Assembly: GCF_037042905.1 (NCBI RefSeq)
Contig: NC_087252.1
Span: forward strand, 8,868,001-8,932,000
From: Lytechinus pictus
Lineage: Eukaryota
DNA: 64,000 nt
Reading direction: 5' to 3'
Part shown: piece by piece, positions 25,201 through 37,563 of the stretch
How positions within the stretch are numbered: the first letter of the stretch is position 1
How the letters are laid out: the number at the start of each line of letters is the position of its first letter
Notes under the pieces: model-generated
What the model saw: the letters and a program-made list of their open reading frames with translations, nothing else
Databases searched by the model: none
What the model was told of the DNA's origin: nothing
Position numbers and translations under genes: made by a program

Positions 25201-28200
25201 CCTTGATCCTGTTAAAGCTATAAGCTTTCCATCTTAAATATGCATTACAAGCGTTTAATTAGTTGAGACTCTGTTTTTCTTTTTTTTTTCTTTTTTTCAT
25301 TACACAGTATTACACCACAACATAGAAAGGAAGAGAGAAATTGGAGAACAGAAGAGAGAGAGAGAGAGAGAGACCCAGAGATGAGAGGGACAAAGAGAGT
25401 GATAGATAAAGGGAGGGGTATATTCACAACTAAAAGATTATTGACAGTTTCCACCATTTGCCAGAACTGTCAGATTAAATCAATCAGAGGAAATGGAAAG
25501 AACATTTTTGTTATGTGACAACTATTGCCAATCAGCAAATTCATAATCAAGTGAAATCACGATTACTATAGGAAAATAAAAAAGTGCCGAAAATACACTG
25601 TAAAAAATAATGAGTACAATTTTACCACCATGATGGTAATTATGTGTCCAACCTATTTTGGAAAGTATTTTACCATGTTTACCCAATGCGGGAAGCATAT
25701 TGTCCAGTGAGGTTAAAAAATAATCAGCAATTACTTTAGAATGGGCAAAAAAAATCATCACACTGGATAAATAAAAATGCCCCAAAGAAATGCCAGATGT
25801 TAGATGGACACATAATTACCCTCACACATGGCTTACTTTTCACCATTTTTTTCTATAGAGTGTTAGAATGTAAGAGTTTATTATATAGATAATAATTTCA
25901 GAATGAGCCAAGATGATTTCACTTAGAATAAAAACATGGCAGCCGCTGATGAAAGTTAGGATATGAACAACTATAGATTACATTTCTGGTTGATAGCCCC
26001 TATACTTTTTATTAAAATAGTTCAAACAAAGACGAGAAATTAAGTAATTATACCCCTTATTTTTCGATTGATAAAAAGTTGATATAACGCTTGGGTCCTT
26101 TTCCTCGTATTAAAAAGAAGATAGTTTCAAGTTTAAAAATTTATTTGGATCATTCTCAATATTACAAATAATAATTTTGATAGTGATGATTAGGGGGGGG
26201 GGCAACAACTGCCTCAACTTTGTTTAGTTAAAAAAAGAAGATAGAGAGAAAGAAAGCAGGATATTCTCCGCCCTGATGATGATGGTAATTATAACGATGA
26301 CAATGATTTTTAGTGGATCCCCCTCATTTCCATTTATGCTCTATATTATACTGTTTTTCTGTTTTTTACGAAGTAAGAATGCCCTTCTGTAAAATTGTAC
26401 TTGATTTGTATTACTTTATATTACTTTGTATTATGTTTTAATAATAATAATAATAATAATAATATTTTACTTATATAGCGCATAATATTCGTGATCTCTA
26501 TGCGCTTAACAAATCAATTATTTATTACATAAGAAATAAAGCAAATTGTTAATATGGTTTTAATTAAATCAAAATATTATTCTACATTAAACTAAGTATT
26601 GTGCTACATTGTAATATACATTAAATTTACATTACACTGCATTATATTCGCTAACACATGATAATATATTACATGACATATCATTACATGGTATTAATTT
26701 GGTACTGAACATATTGAGTAAAACTACAGTATATTAAACTATATTACGCTACAACAAATTGAATGGAAATGAAATAAAAGAATTGAATTTAATTGAATTG
26801 AATTGAATGATCATAACAAAAAATATTGATTTCAATGATAATAATTAATAGTGACAATATTGATCGTCATATTAATAGTAATAGTAATGAAAACAACAAT
26901 AAAACAAAAAATAATTTAACAGTAACATTCCCCTTTTCGTTATACAAAACATCAAGATAAATGGTTAATTTTAATGTGACATAAAAAAGGGTAAGGTTGG
27001 TTAAATTTTTGCATAAAAATATTCGGACTGTCGAAATTATTCGAGATCATGAAATTCGATCTGAGTACAATGTTCCTATTTCCATTATTGATTGACAGTC
27101 AGTGCAGTGAAAATAGTGTAAGCTAGGAGTTGCCACCTGGGCCAGTCCCCCTAAATCACCACAGATCAATAGCCCATTTTGTCAGGGGACTATATTAAAT
27201 TATGCTCTAATTTTAATAAAACATATCATTTGAAAAGTCAAAATATATGCTTTTTCTTTATATTTTGTGATCACTGTACTTTTTTTTTGCTCCTTAATTG
27301 TTTATTTTCCACGTACGATACCGATAGTGCGATTACAAAATTTCAATGCAGTGATTCAGAAAAAAGAAAACAGGCCGGCAGTGACCAGACGTCCCGTATT
27401 TCCCGGGATGGTCCCATATTTTGCTCCTTTGTCCGACAAACCCCTCCCGGGACGTCTATTTGTCCCGTATTTCAGTATATTGAACAAAATGTAGTTAAAA
27501 CATTTAAAAGTGACGAATGTTCATCAAATAACCAACACATAATCGATTACTAAACTTTTGCAAGTTTTTTCTTTTAGTTTTTAAAATTTTTAAATATATT
27601 AAAAACACACCATATATGATTATTATTTTTGTCAGATGGTTGTTTTTGTTTGCTGGAAGTTTGAATTTTTTCCTCTTTCTTTCTTTTTATCCTTCTTTCT
27701 TCATTTTTCTATACTTCGCGCTGCGGACACTTTTTTGTTCCATCTATTTTTATTTCTTATCTTTCTTTCATGATCCTTTCTCTCGCTGTGTCATTCATTT
27801 TTCTTTCGTTCCTTCTTTCTCTTATTTGCATTCTTTATCAAATTTCCTTTTTATCATTTCCTTCCTTCTTTCTTTCTTTAAACTGTCTTTGCTTCCTTCT
27901 CCATTTCTCTCCTTTTTTCTCCTTCCATTATTTTCTCTTTTTTTGTATTCTTTCCTCCCGCTCTTTTCCCCCTAATTCTTTCATTCTTTATTTTTTCCCT
28001 TCTAATTCCTTTCCCTTATTCTTTCTTTCCCTTCCATCCTTCTTCCTTCCTTCCTTCCTTCCTTCCCTAGCTTCCCGATCCCTTCCTGTTTTTCTTCTTT
28101 TATTGTTTCATTCTTTCAAAGAATGAAGGAAACATTTCTCTTTCCTTCATTCCGCTCCTTTTTCTTACTTTTTTTTTCTTTCTCTCCTTTATTTCGTCTT

Positions 28201-28981
28201 TCACACATTTGTTCATCTTCCCTTCCTTTCTTTTTCTTTCTTTCTATATTCATTTCAAAGAATGACGGAAACCTTTTTCTCTCTTTTATTCTCTTTTATT
28301 CTTTTTTATCCTTCTTTTATTCCAATTTTTTTTTCCTTTTTCCTTCATTTTTTATTTCTTTATTCTCAATATATTTTCCTTCTTTCGTATTTTCTTTCTC
28401 TCCTTCATTCTTTCGTTCACCCTTCCTTCCCATTCTTTATATTTTTTCACAAGTCTATAACACTGTGTAGCCTTCTATGTTGATTTTTTTTTGTCGATTG
28501 TCCCGTATTTCATTTTGTGAAATCTGGTCACCCTGCTGCCCCCTTCCCCCGAGTTTTCCAGTCCATTATGTCTTCAGCATCACCTTGTTAATTTTTCGTG
28601 TTTCCATATTCCTTATTTGCCTATTTTCCTCTTTATTTTCATTTTTCATTCATCGAATAAATCAAGTCTCTATAATTCATCACATTAATTTTCAATAAAA
28701 AAGTGGAATTCATCTTGAATAATATTAATGATTATGCCAGACAACCGAAATGGGGGATTATCATGAAGCTCTAAACCAAAGAGAAGAAATTACATTAGAT
28801 TCATTATCATTTCTTCCGGATCTAGGCTAGTTTGTCGAAAATCAATTATGATAATAGCAATGATTGCCAAATCATTGCATGTGCGCGCAGAGGGAACTAA
28901 TCAGCCCCCCATGGCTGACCTTTGACCGCGCGTATCCTGTTTTCAGTGCGCGTGTCGCCACTCTGTCTATTGATAACTCTG
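22275..28981. mobile_element. 6.7-kb non-autonomous P-like element W
   Basis: 27-bp perfect TIR cagagttatcaatagacagagtggcga; TSD acgcttgt (22267-22274 and 28982-28989). No transposase ORF seen. Confidence 0.9.
27378..28535. mobile_element. hAT-like MITE nested in W, carrying a long CT-rich tract
   Basis: Ends gtgaccagacgtcccgtattt ... gtcccgtatttc...tctggtcaccctg; polypyrimidine low-complexity tract at about 27660-28445. Confidence 0.55.
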
Positions 28982-29099
28982 ACGCTTGTGTGTTGCTGCC
29001 CTCTACGTTCGTTGAAGACTACCTTGCGATTCATCTCCCCTCACTCAGTCGCAACTCAGTCGCCGACCAGTCGGGTCGTTGTTCGGTGGCCTTAATACG

Positions 29100-30350
29100 C
29101 GCATTCATTGGTTGGAACTCAAGTTTTGTTGAGATTTTGCGTTACGTTTGATCGTTATTTGTATGCAACTGGCCCTAGACCGAGTTTGCACAAGGGGTAT
29201 GTCTCTATCGACTAAATTATCTTTGTCTAATTCATAAAACAAAAGGTACAATAATTACAGGACACAATATATGAACCATATAGGTTTAAAGAATAAGTTA
29301 TGACTTGTATTTAGCCGTAAATGATATAGTGATAGTTCATCATGTTCAAGGACCATTTTGCAACTGATTTTGTTGATAGCAATGCTCACAAAGTTGATTT
29401 AACGTTTTAGATTCACGGGGTTCAGTATAACAGCACGAGGAATACTACTGCAAGAAAGACAAGTAATGCGAAATCACTATTTACGCAAGTGATTGGCCGG
29501 AGTGATTGGCTTTCATACATATTTACACTTCGTTATTTACATTCATAAACCGATTAACTAAAAACAGAACTTGACAATGAAAAAAAAAATTGTGTTTTCC
29601 ATACTTGCACATTAAACATAAGGTATCATTATTAGTGAAAATGTATTTTCAAATTATTCAATTGTGACGTAATGCACCAATACGGAATGTCACGTCAAAA
29701 CCTCATGTGCTTCCTCATTCCATTGCGAAAAAGTGGAAGTATTGGTGCATTGTGAATTGATGACTATCATGACGTAGATGTGGACGTCATCCGAATGTCC
29801 AATCACAGGTTTCGAATCAATCACGGTCAGATTTTCATAAAATACAAAATTGTTATAATAGAGTTTGTATTTACTCGTCGTATAATTTCCGTCTGTGCAA
29901 AAAACCTTGGGAGGTAAGGTCTTTGGTCGCAACATGCAATAACAGTTTAATATCATTCCATTCCAAGTTATCATTGTTATCGCGCAAAACAAGGATCACT
30001 GTGGTCGACTTCCAAAGGGTGCGTCTCACGGAAGGAAACTGATTAAAACACATGACGATATCCTATGGAAATGACGATTAAATATTTACTGTTCATTCGT
30101 CCGGTGTTGAGTTACCATCGTACGTGTATTCATACAGACGTTTAACAAAGTCAACGTGGACAAGATAGTTCTAAGGAGGAAAGGAAAACTGTCATAAGAT
30201 TTCAAAAATACACATTGTGCTCAGATTAACAATTGAGAGGTATATAAAGTATCTTAATGTTTAGAGATAAAACAAACATAATGTGATAAGATAATAGAGT
30301 CACAAACTTTAATCCTTTGAAGAGAATTATGATAGCTTCATGTTCATTTT
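29100..30350 (-). repeat. Diverged duplicate of the RTK last intron end, last exon and 3' UTR (paralogous to about 37495-38690)
   Basis: Colinear similarity, e.g. ggaccattttgcaac, gaaagacaagtaatg, tgcacattaaacata, ttcctcattcca, cacggaaggaaactga, ttcatgttcatttt. Confidence 0.9.
30093..30170 (-). CDS. Duplicated RTK terminal exon ([25 protein letters not shown]); alternative last exon or pseudo-exon
   Basis: Intact acceptor tcctccttag|; same 78-nt length and TGA as 38451-38528, with six substitutions. Confidence 0.45.
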   Translation of the reverse strand, partial: NYLVHVDFVKRLYEYTYDGNSTPDE

Positions 30351-31221
30351 TTGCAAAATTGTAGATAATCGGAAAAATTGCAAATTCACTTTCAAAGAAG
30401 AGATTAATAAGCATCATAATGAAAAATTATTTGTCTTTATTGTTGAGAGATCGTATAGAGTTAGAAACAAACAAAATCAAAACAAATAAAGAAATAAATA
30501 TTGAGTTGTGGAAAAGGGTCCTCGGAGGATTGTAATTCCTTTTTAAATCAATTCATTGTTTTCGTATTTCGACAAGCTGTATATTTTTTCCTTGTCTGTA
30601 CCTTAAATTATAGTATACAGTGTGTTTGTTTCTTTCATTTGAATAAAATAAATTTTGTAATAGCCTGTAATTTTTATGTGGATTTGATATGTAATAAATG
30701 AGACCAGAAATGGTATAAAGCGAAAAAATAAGCATCACAATGAGAAACTACAGGGAAAAAAAAACAGGGAGAAAAAAAATGAGATAGACATGAAAGATAA
30801 TATAAAAATTGTAATTATCTGAAATGTATATGATTAATATCTAATTTCTTTGAAATAACAGTAATTTTATCAAAAGGTAGAAAAAAAAGAAATATTTGTA
30901 AAATGTAAAGATAGAGAGAGAAAGAGGGAGAGGCGGTGACAGAGTGAGCTTGTGAGGGTGCGTGCCAGTATGTGCATGAGACAAAGAGAGAGAGAGGTAG
31001 ACGCTGAAAGGGTGAGATAGGGTGTGTGTGTCTTTGTGCGAATGAGAGAGAGCGCGAAAGTGTTTGGGAGTGGTTCCGAACCCTTTTTTTTTGGGGGGGG
31101 GGTTGCTTATGTTCGTCATTCTTTTAGGTTGATAATTGCCACGAGAATTATATATATATATATGTATATATGTGTGTGAGGGTGTGTGTGTGTGTGTGAG
31201 TGTGTGCATAAATATATGTAC

Positions 31222-31252
<31 letters not shown>

Positions 31253-31260
31253 AATATATA

Positions 31261-33320
31261 CAGTGCGTCCCACAAAATAAGAAAACCCAGATTTAGCGAT
31301 GGTTTATCATGACTTAATAATAAATACAATAGACAAATGGCCTATCATTGGAAAGCTGTCTCTCCTTTGATCGGATACAAGGTAGAAGATTTCTCATTCA
31401 CGCATAAGTAAAAATAATTTGAAGAAATGATACCAAGCAGTCATGTCATGACATGTTGAAGTATATGTGTATTTTTAAATTGTGCGCTTGCGCGTGTCCT
31501 TGTACGTAGACTAGTTAGAACAACACGAGTTCGTAAAATCACAGCAGTTTGCTTCATTCGATTGATCACAAGATTTCCTTAGTTTTCACGCTTTATGCTA
31601 TGCAAGGTATGTTGAGATTTGCTCAAAAACTTTTGTAGATTTAATGAGAATGTGTAGTTTATTAATATCTTTGTATTCCTCTTTTAAATACCTTGTTGAA
31701 GAGATTTAGGTTTAGATTATACTTTGAAAATCCATCACACTTTCCAACGAAGGACCTTGCGTATCTTGAATACACGCGGAAGTTCTCTGCGGTCGATATC
31801 TTCAAAATATTGTCTTGTGACACGCAATTCTTAAGATGTACTCATGATTATGACTCTACGAATTTAGAGTATTTTTCTTAAATCCAAGTTTATAGGATTT
31901 ATTGTTGTTTAACATATTTACAAGCCAGTTTAGTTATGCACTATTTTTCGTACTCATTTGATGTGGTATGGTCACAAACTTACGTGCGAGTTGGCTCGCG
32001 GATTGATATTTCCAGGAATTTCGGTGTGATCCGCCGCCCGGAGTTTACACGTGTTATAGCAGGGTTTCATGACGTTGTTTATCTTTCAGTAGTATTGATA
32101 GTTAATGTTGTCTTACAGTTAATTCTTGTCACTTAGAACTGATGTCTTTAAAATTACATTGCTTGCACAAAATTCGTGAAATAATAATTCAATCACCACT
32201 AATATTGATAATTGTTTTCAAGTGAATTTTATTGATTCAGAAGGGAAACAAAACAATAGGAATTTTCTGTTACAGTTTTAGAGATTAAAATGATTAAATC
32301 TATACCTTTTGTTATTTTGAAGACAAATATATTTTTCACAGATGTTTGTTGCTAGATAATTATGATATCTTTTCATATAGGGTAGATTTGTTGGAATTGG
32401 GAAACAATGATATTAAGACTGAATTAGGAAAGTTTCATTAATTCTCTCTTATTACTTTCAGTTAAATTCTACCTTTGACAGCAAAATGGTTAAAGGGCAT
32501 GATTGATTATTCCTTATGTCTTTAATTAATATTTTGGGAAAGAATGATGATACATGTACAGAAATGCTTTCTTTACTAAGATATGTTTATCCTTTATTGT
32601 TTATTTACAGGAATCTCACACAGTTGTTGAATAACTGAACACTACAATGTTATTAGACATAATCTAATAAATGGGAGCATAAAGTTCACAGACGCCTTCC
32701 TTGTAGTTCATTGCAACAACGTGTCAGAACTTACGAATTCGTGACAAGTCATTTGGCGGGGGTATCTGAATTTCAAAGAGATAATCACATGCTTAAAAAT
32801 GTCAATATCTGCTCTTTAATTTGATACCTCGATCTCTGAAAATGGTCGAGAAAAAACAAAGTTCTCTTCCTTCGAAACAGTGCTTGTATTTCCAACCTGT
32901 TTTCATCGGGTTCCCATCATAGCTATCGCATGGTTACCAAAAGATTTCATGCGAGGCTGATCGTCAACAAAACGGAGTGTCGAGTAAGTCTTTAAAAAGC
33001 TAACCTATAAAACCTCTTCATGTTATAAAATTATTGAAATTAAAGCTTTGTTACAAATAAACTGAACCTTGTTATTTTTTGGCCATTTTCTGTGATTGAG
33101 GTATCAAATTTAAGAGCAGATATCAAACATTTTAAAAATGTGGGTTTTTTTAACCCAGATACCACCGCCAAGTAACTTTTTGGTACCCTCTCTTCGAATC
33201 GTTTTTTTTTTCTCACTCAGGTGTGAATAAGGAATTATCTAATTTATTACAGACGAAAGAGGAGGCTTTTTTTGTTATTAACTTATGATAAATCATAGAC
33301 AAGTATCAATTTCGTTTATA
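31261..33320. mobile_element. Tc1/mariner-like non-autonomous element; right end degraded
   Basis: Begins ta|cagtgcgtcccacaaaa after a (TA)n run. Internal inverted segments ttggcgggggtatctg (32752) / cagataccaccgccaa (33157). Confidence 0.5.
31524..32743. mobile_element. CAC...GTG element with a 4-bp TSD (Chapaev/CMC-like, non-autonomous)
   Basis: TIR cacgagttcgtaa / ttacgaattcgtg; acaa on both flanks. Confidence 0.6.
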
Positions 33321-33332
33321 TATATGTATTTA

Positions 33333-34265
33333 TAAACCCCTCAAAAAGTTTGGAGATCTGAGTTTGGCCATTAAATTCTCCCAACTCCCAATTTTACACA
33401 ATGCATATTTGACATCATTCAAAAGATCGTTGAATTCTCTTTAATATGATACCATGTCTGTTATGATCTTGCCATCACTAAAAGAGCAGGATTCAAAAGT
33501 ATTGGATGAAGTCTGAATTAAAAAGCTGCAAAACGAAAAAAAAAAAAAGGTTTGTAAATCTGAGTTTGGCCATTAATTTCTCCCAACTCCCAATATTACA
33601 CAATGCATGTTTGACATCATTCAAAAGATCATTTAATTCTCCTTAAAATGATTCCGTGCTTGTTACGTACGATCATGCCATCACGAAAAGACCAGGATTC
33701 AAAAGTGTAGGATGAGGTATGGGTTGAAAAGCTGCAAAACGAGCAGAAAAAGTCATGAAGGGTCAATAAAGAACATGATTCTTTTGTCTGTGTCAATAGA
33801 GATGAAATCCATTCAAATCAAGCCCCTGCTTCTTCATTTTTTATGTTTTGTTGTGGTTTATGTAGTGATGGTTCTGTGAGATAACATGGTTTGAGTCGTG
33901 GTTTGAAATACCCATGCATGTTTGTTTGTTATGTGTTTGCTTGTGCAGAGGCGTGTTTGATTCCATGTTAATGTTGATGTTAACTCATGAAAACAAAAGA
34001 AACCGCTGAGAAACTCACTCATCGCCACGGAAAAAAAAACAGGGACTTTCAATATTGTGTCATTTTGCAACTTTTGAATTTTGACCTTGCCCCACCTTTC
34101 AAGGCACTGTACCTCCATGTTAACCATAATCATATCATGTACGGTATCATTTTAAAGAAAATTAAATGATCTATTCATTGACATCAATTACACATTGACA
34201 TTTACTAAAACCGAGGAGGGATTATCGATCAAAGTCAGATTTCCAAACTTTTTATGAGGAGTTTA
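33333..34265. mobile_element. Tc1/mariner-like MITE
   Basis: TIR taaacccctcaaaaagtttgga / tccaaactttttatgaggagttta in a TA context; internal ~200-bp duplication. Confidence 0.75.
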
Positions 34266-34287
34266 TATAAACTGTATATATATATAT

Positions 34288-35137
34288 GAAGAGTTTAGTT
34301 CCAAAAGGGGTTAGGTCCACTTTGGACCATTCCGAGAAAAACCTCGTTTTTTATTATCACTTATTGCAATATTCTTATGAGAAACTAACTTGTCATGATG
34401 TACTACCCTATCATGTGAACATAAATTTGGGTATAAAAGAAATCTACCTGTCTTCAATTTTTTTCTATATATTAAAAAAAAATTATCATTGTGGACCTAA
34501 CCCCTTTTGCAACTAAACTTAAATGAATCCAATCTCTTTTGAAAAAAAAAGTGATTTTTCTTTGCCACTTTCATTCACGTTTTCATTTGAATCTCAAATT
34601 GTCTTTGGTATCATCAGAGTGACTAAAAATTTAGAGGTTTATAAACAAAAAACAATAAATTTATGAAAAATGGACCCAACCCCTTTTGACAAATGAGTTC
34701 TTCAGAAGATTTTAGTTGCAAAAGGGGTTAGGTCCACTCCAAGAAAATAATTTTTGTAATTCTCCCATATTGCAATATTCGTATGCGAAACTGAATTTTC
34801 ATGATACCCTACCATGAGAACATAAAATTGGGTATAAGAAACATTTACCAGTCTTCATATTTTTTTAGATATTCTTTTTCCAAAAAAAATCTGTGTGGAC
34901 CTAACCCCTTTTGCAACTAAACTGAAATGGACCTAACCCCTTTTGCAACTAAACTGAAATGGACCTAACCCCTTTTGAAAAAAAAAAGATTTTTCTTTGC
35001 CATTTTAGTTCACTTTTTAATAGGAATTTCAACGTTTCTTTGGTATCATCTTATAGAGCTACTAAAAATCCATACATTAAGACATAAAAATCAAATTTGA
35101 TGAAAAATGGACCTAACCACTTTTGCAAGTGAGCTCT
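34288..35137 (+). mobile_element. Sola-like non-autonomous element, copy 1
   Basis: gaagag terminus; repeated ggacctaaccccttttgcaactaaac motifs; atat flanks; inverse match to 51907-52727. Confidence 0.7.
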
Positions 35138-37419
35138 ATATATATATATGTATATATATGTATATATATATATATATTCATCATGTATATCAATATTCAT
35201 TAAAATTATTCGAAATCAAAATGATATATTTCGCAAGACACATCAACAACTACATAAAAGTAAATAAAAGGTAAAATAATTTGTTAAGTCCGAAAAATTG
35301 TTGCATTATCCCAAGGGTTTGTTGATCTCACGACAAAAAAGAACATTAAAAATGGTTCGTTATTTTGATGCCTAGATTGTCCGAAAATAATTTTATTTCA
35401 GGTAAAATATAAAATAAAATTATAGGAACCTTACCTTTTAAAATTAAAAATTATAAAAATCTTTTCTTTTTCGATGTAAGGTTTCTATTATTTTCAAACC
35501 CTCGTAATATAATGATTCTTATTTCATTTTCACAAGATAAACCGTCGGTTTAACAAGCTTTCGGACTAATGAACCTTCGAAATAATGATATCTGTGGAAA
35601 TGATTAGGAATGAATTAAAAATTATTTATGTATATCAAAGACACCTCAACATTTACAGTCTAGACAGCAAATAGGTGAAGATACATAACAAACTATCAAA
35701 GAAACTAACAATTTGCACTTTATTACTCAAGGTTTTGCTTTTCAGCTGAGTAATCTAGAATACTTTAATAGCATTGCACATCACATTTCTAATGAATATA
35801 TACATCTTACATTGGTTAGAGTTTGGAAGACATTACTTTGGCCTTTAAGCACCATAATACAAGTAGTTAATTTTTTTTAGATATTTGACATTTTTCACAA
35901 AAACTCAAAATTTCGTTTCACAGTCTCCTTCATTCGATCTCCCATTTCATGAAAAGTTGCTATAATATCAAGCTTTGCTGGAATGTAACCTACCATGGCA
36001 ACAATTATTATTATCATTATTTTTTTGTTCTTCCAATAAAAAGTGATATTCCAGCAAGAGCTGCTAACAAAGCAATTTTGGTGAAATCATCGGCGGTCAT
36101 CCGAACCGTCGTATCACACATATTACGGTGCAAACCCATTTCAGAGAAAATCGACTTCAAAGTTTATCGTAATTTTCACACTTAGCTCCCCAGCCTCACA
36201 ACATATTTATTGCTTGAAAAATACATGGCTGGAAAGACCAAGAAAATTGCTTGACTTTGGTATCCTTATTTTTGCACAAAAGTAAGGATCCGAGAAAATA
36301 TGGCAAAAGAGGTACATGCTTGTAATTTCGGTTTGAGTGAATTTGATTTTCCCTGTACAAAAACGCCATAGGGAAAACGTGATACGACGTTTTGACCGAC
36401 CGCGATTTCAATGCGCGCGAACAGTCAAAACGTCGTATCGCTCTGATACATTCCACGTTTCCAATGGGATTTGCGCATTTTATTCAAAATTGGTATGGCA
36501 TCGCCATTAAAATCCTTTCATATCTCAGAAAATATAATAAATTGCTGACTAAAAAATTAGTTGTGAATAGAGTAGGACTTGTACTTTTCTTTTCTGCAAA
36601 CAATTTCAAAATCGATTTCTTTATTTTTACCAAAATTGACTGATACAACGGTTGGGATGACCGCCGACGAAATGTGGCCCAGAACTAATTTGATTCAATT
36701 GGGATGTGTGGCGAAGGGTTCCTCTTTCCTCTCAGAATCTACCCACCTGTACAATATGTGAGCAGCCTACATTCCATAACAGATAACTTCAAATGTCACT
36801 GACTTTTAAAAATGCTCAAGGCCCGGCGCACACTACAAGTTTGAGCCTCCCTATAGAAATAAAAGCAAATTCAATTCCAAATCATAAGGATGTCATCATC
36901 GGCTGCGACTTGAAACCGATTTGAACACACTTTTACCACAGGGCTTGCGGTTTAAAAACGAAATCGCATTGTATCGGATCGGATCGCAAAATATGCGATG
37001 GGCTCTGATTTTAATTAAAACCAATCTTAAAGTGATTGGTTAACATTGGTTTGACTTTAAAAAAATCTGAGCTAGAAGGTCACACTTGTCACCTGTGTCT
37101 GTGATATGTTACAAAAATGAAGCCCAGAAAATATTGCGTTCGAAAATAATTATTTAGTTCTTTAAAAATTGAAATATAAAGTGACCGAAAACACCATCTT
37201 AATTTCATCCCATACACTTATGTGTACTATTTAGGCGTCTATAAGACGCCTATTTACAAAATCGGGGTTTGCCTTGTAGTTTTAGCTTTTCATTCTCAAT
37301 AATGGTTGTTTTCAGGGTTTATTAGTTCTAATACATGCACTTGTACACATGTTTCATCTAGGTTTGATAATTTTTTAAATCGGCTGCTCACAAAGTTAAA
37401 CAATACCTTTAAAGAGGTC

Positions 37420-37563
37420 CTGGGGCCTGTTGCACAAAAAGTTCAATTTAAACACACACACGCTAATAAACACTAGCGCAAGTCCTTCAAACGCGCTTTC
37501 AATTGGTTGTATTTGATTTTGGGAGTGACGTTTGATCGCATTTGGTTCTGCAACTGGCCCCAG
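37420..37563. mobile_element. Short MITE
   Basis: TIR ctggggcctgttgca / tgcaactggccccag; the right half is also present in the duplicate at about 29100-29178. Confidence 0.6.

Larger units (their letters stand above)
15122..29014. mobile_element. P-like MITE copy Y1 (about 1.18 kb once nested inserts are removed)
   Basis: TIR caacgaacgtagagggcagcaacacacaagcgt at both ends; 8-bp TSD atgactac / aagactac (one mismatch). Body pieces at 15122-15893, 21896-22274 and 28990-29014. Confidence 0.85.
14730..29095. mobile_element. Outer fold-back MITE (element V) that hosts the nested stack
   Basis: ttgcgactgagtgaggggagatg (14763-14785) is inverted at 29032-29054, and the right end is ggtggccttaa. The left terminus is unclear. 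Confidence 0.55.

Noticed and set aside
27616..28698. Hydrophobic Phe/Leu/Ser-rich ORFs resembling membrane proteins
   Set aside because: They are translations of a low-complexity CT tract.
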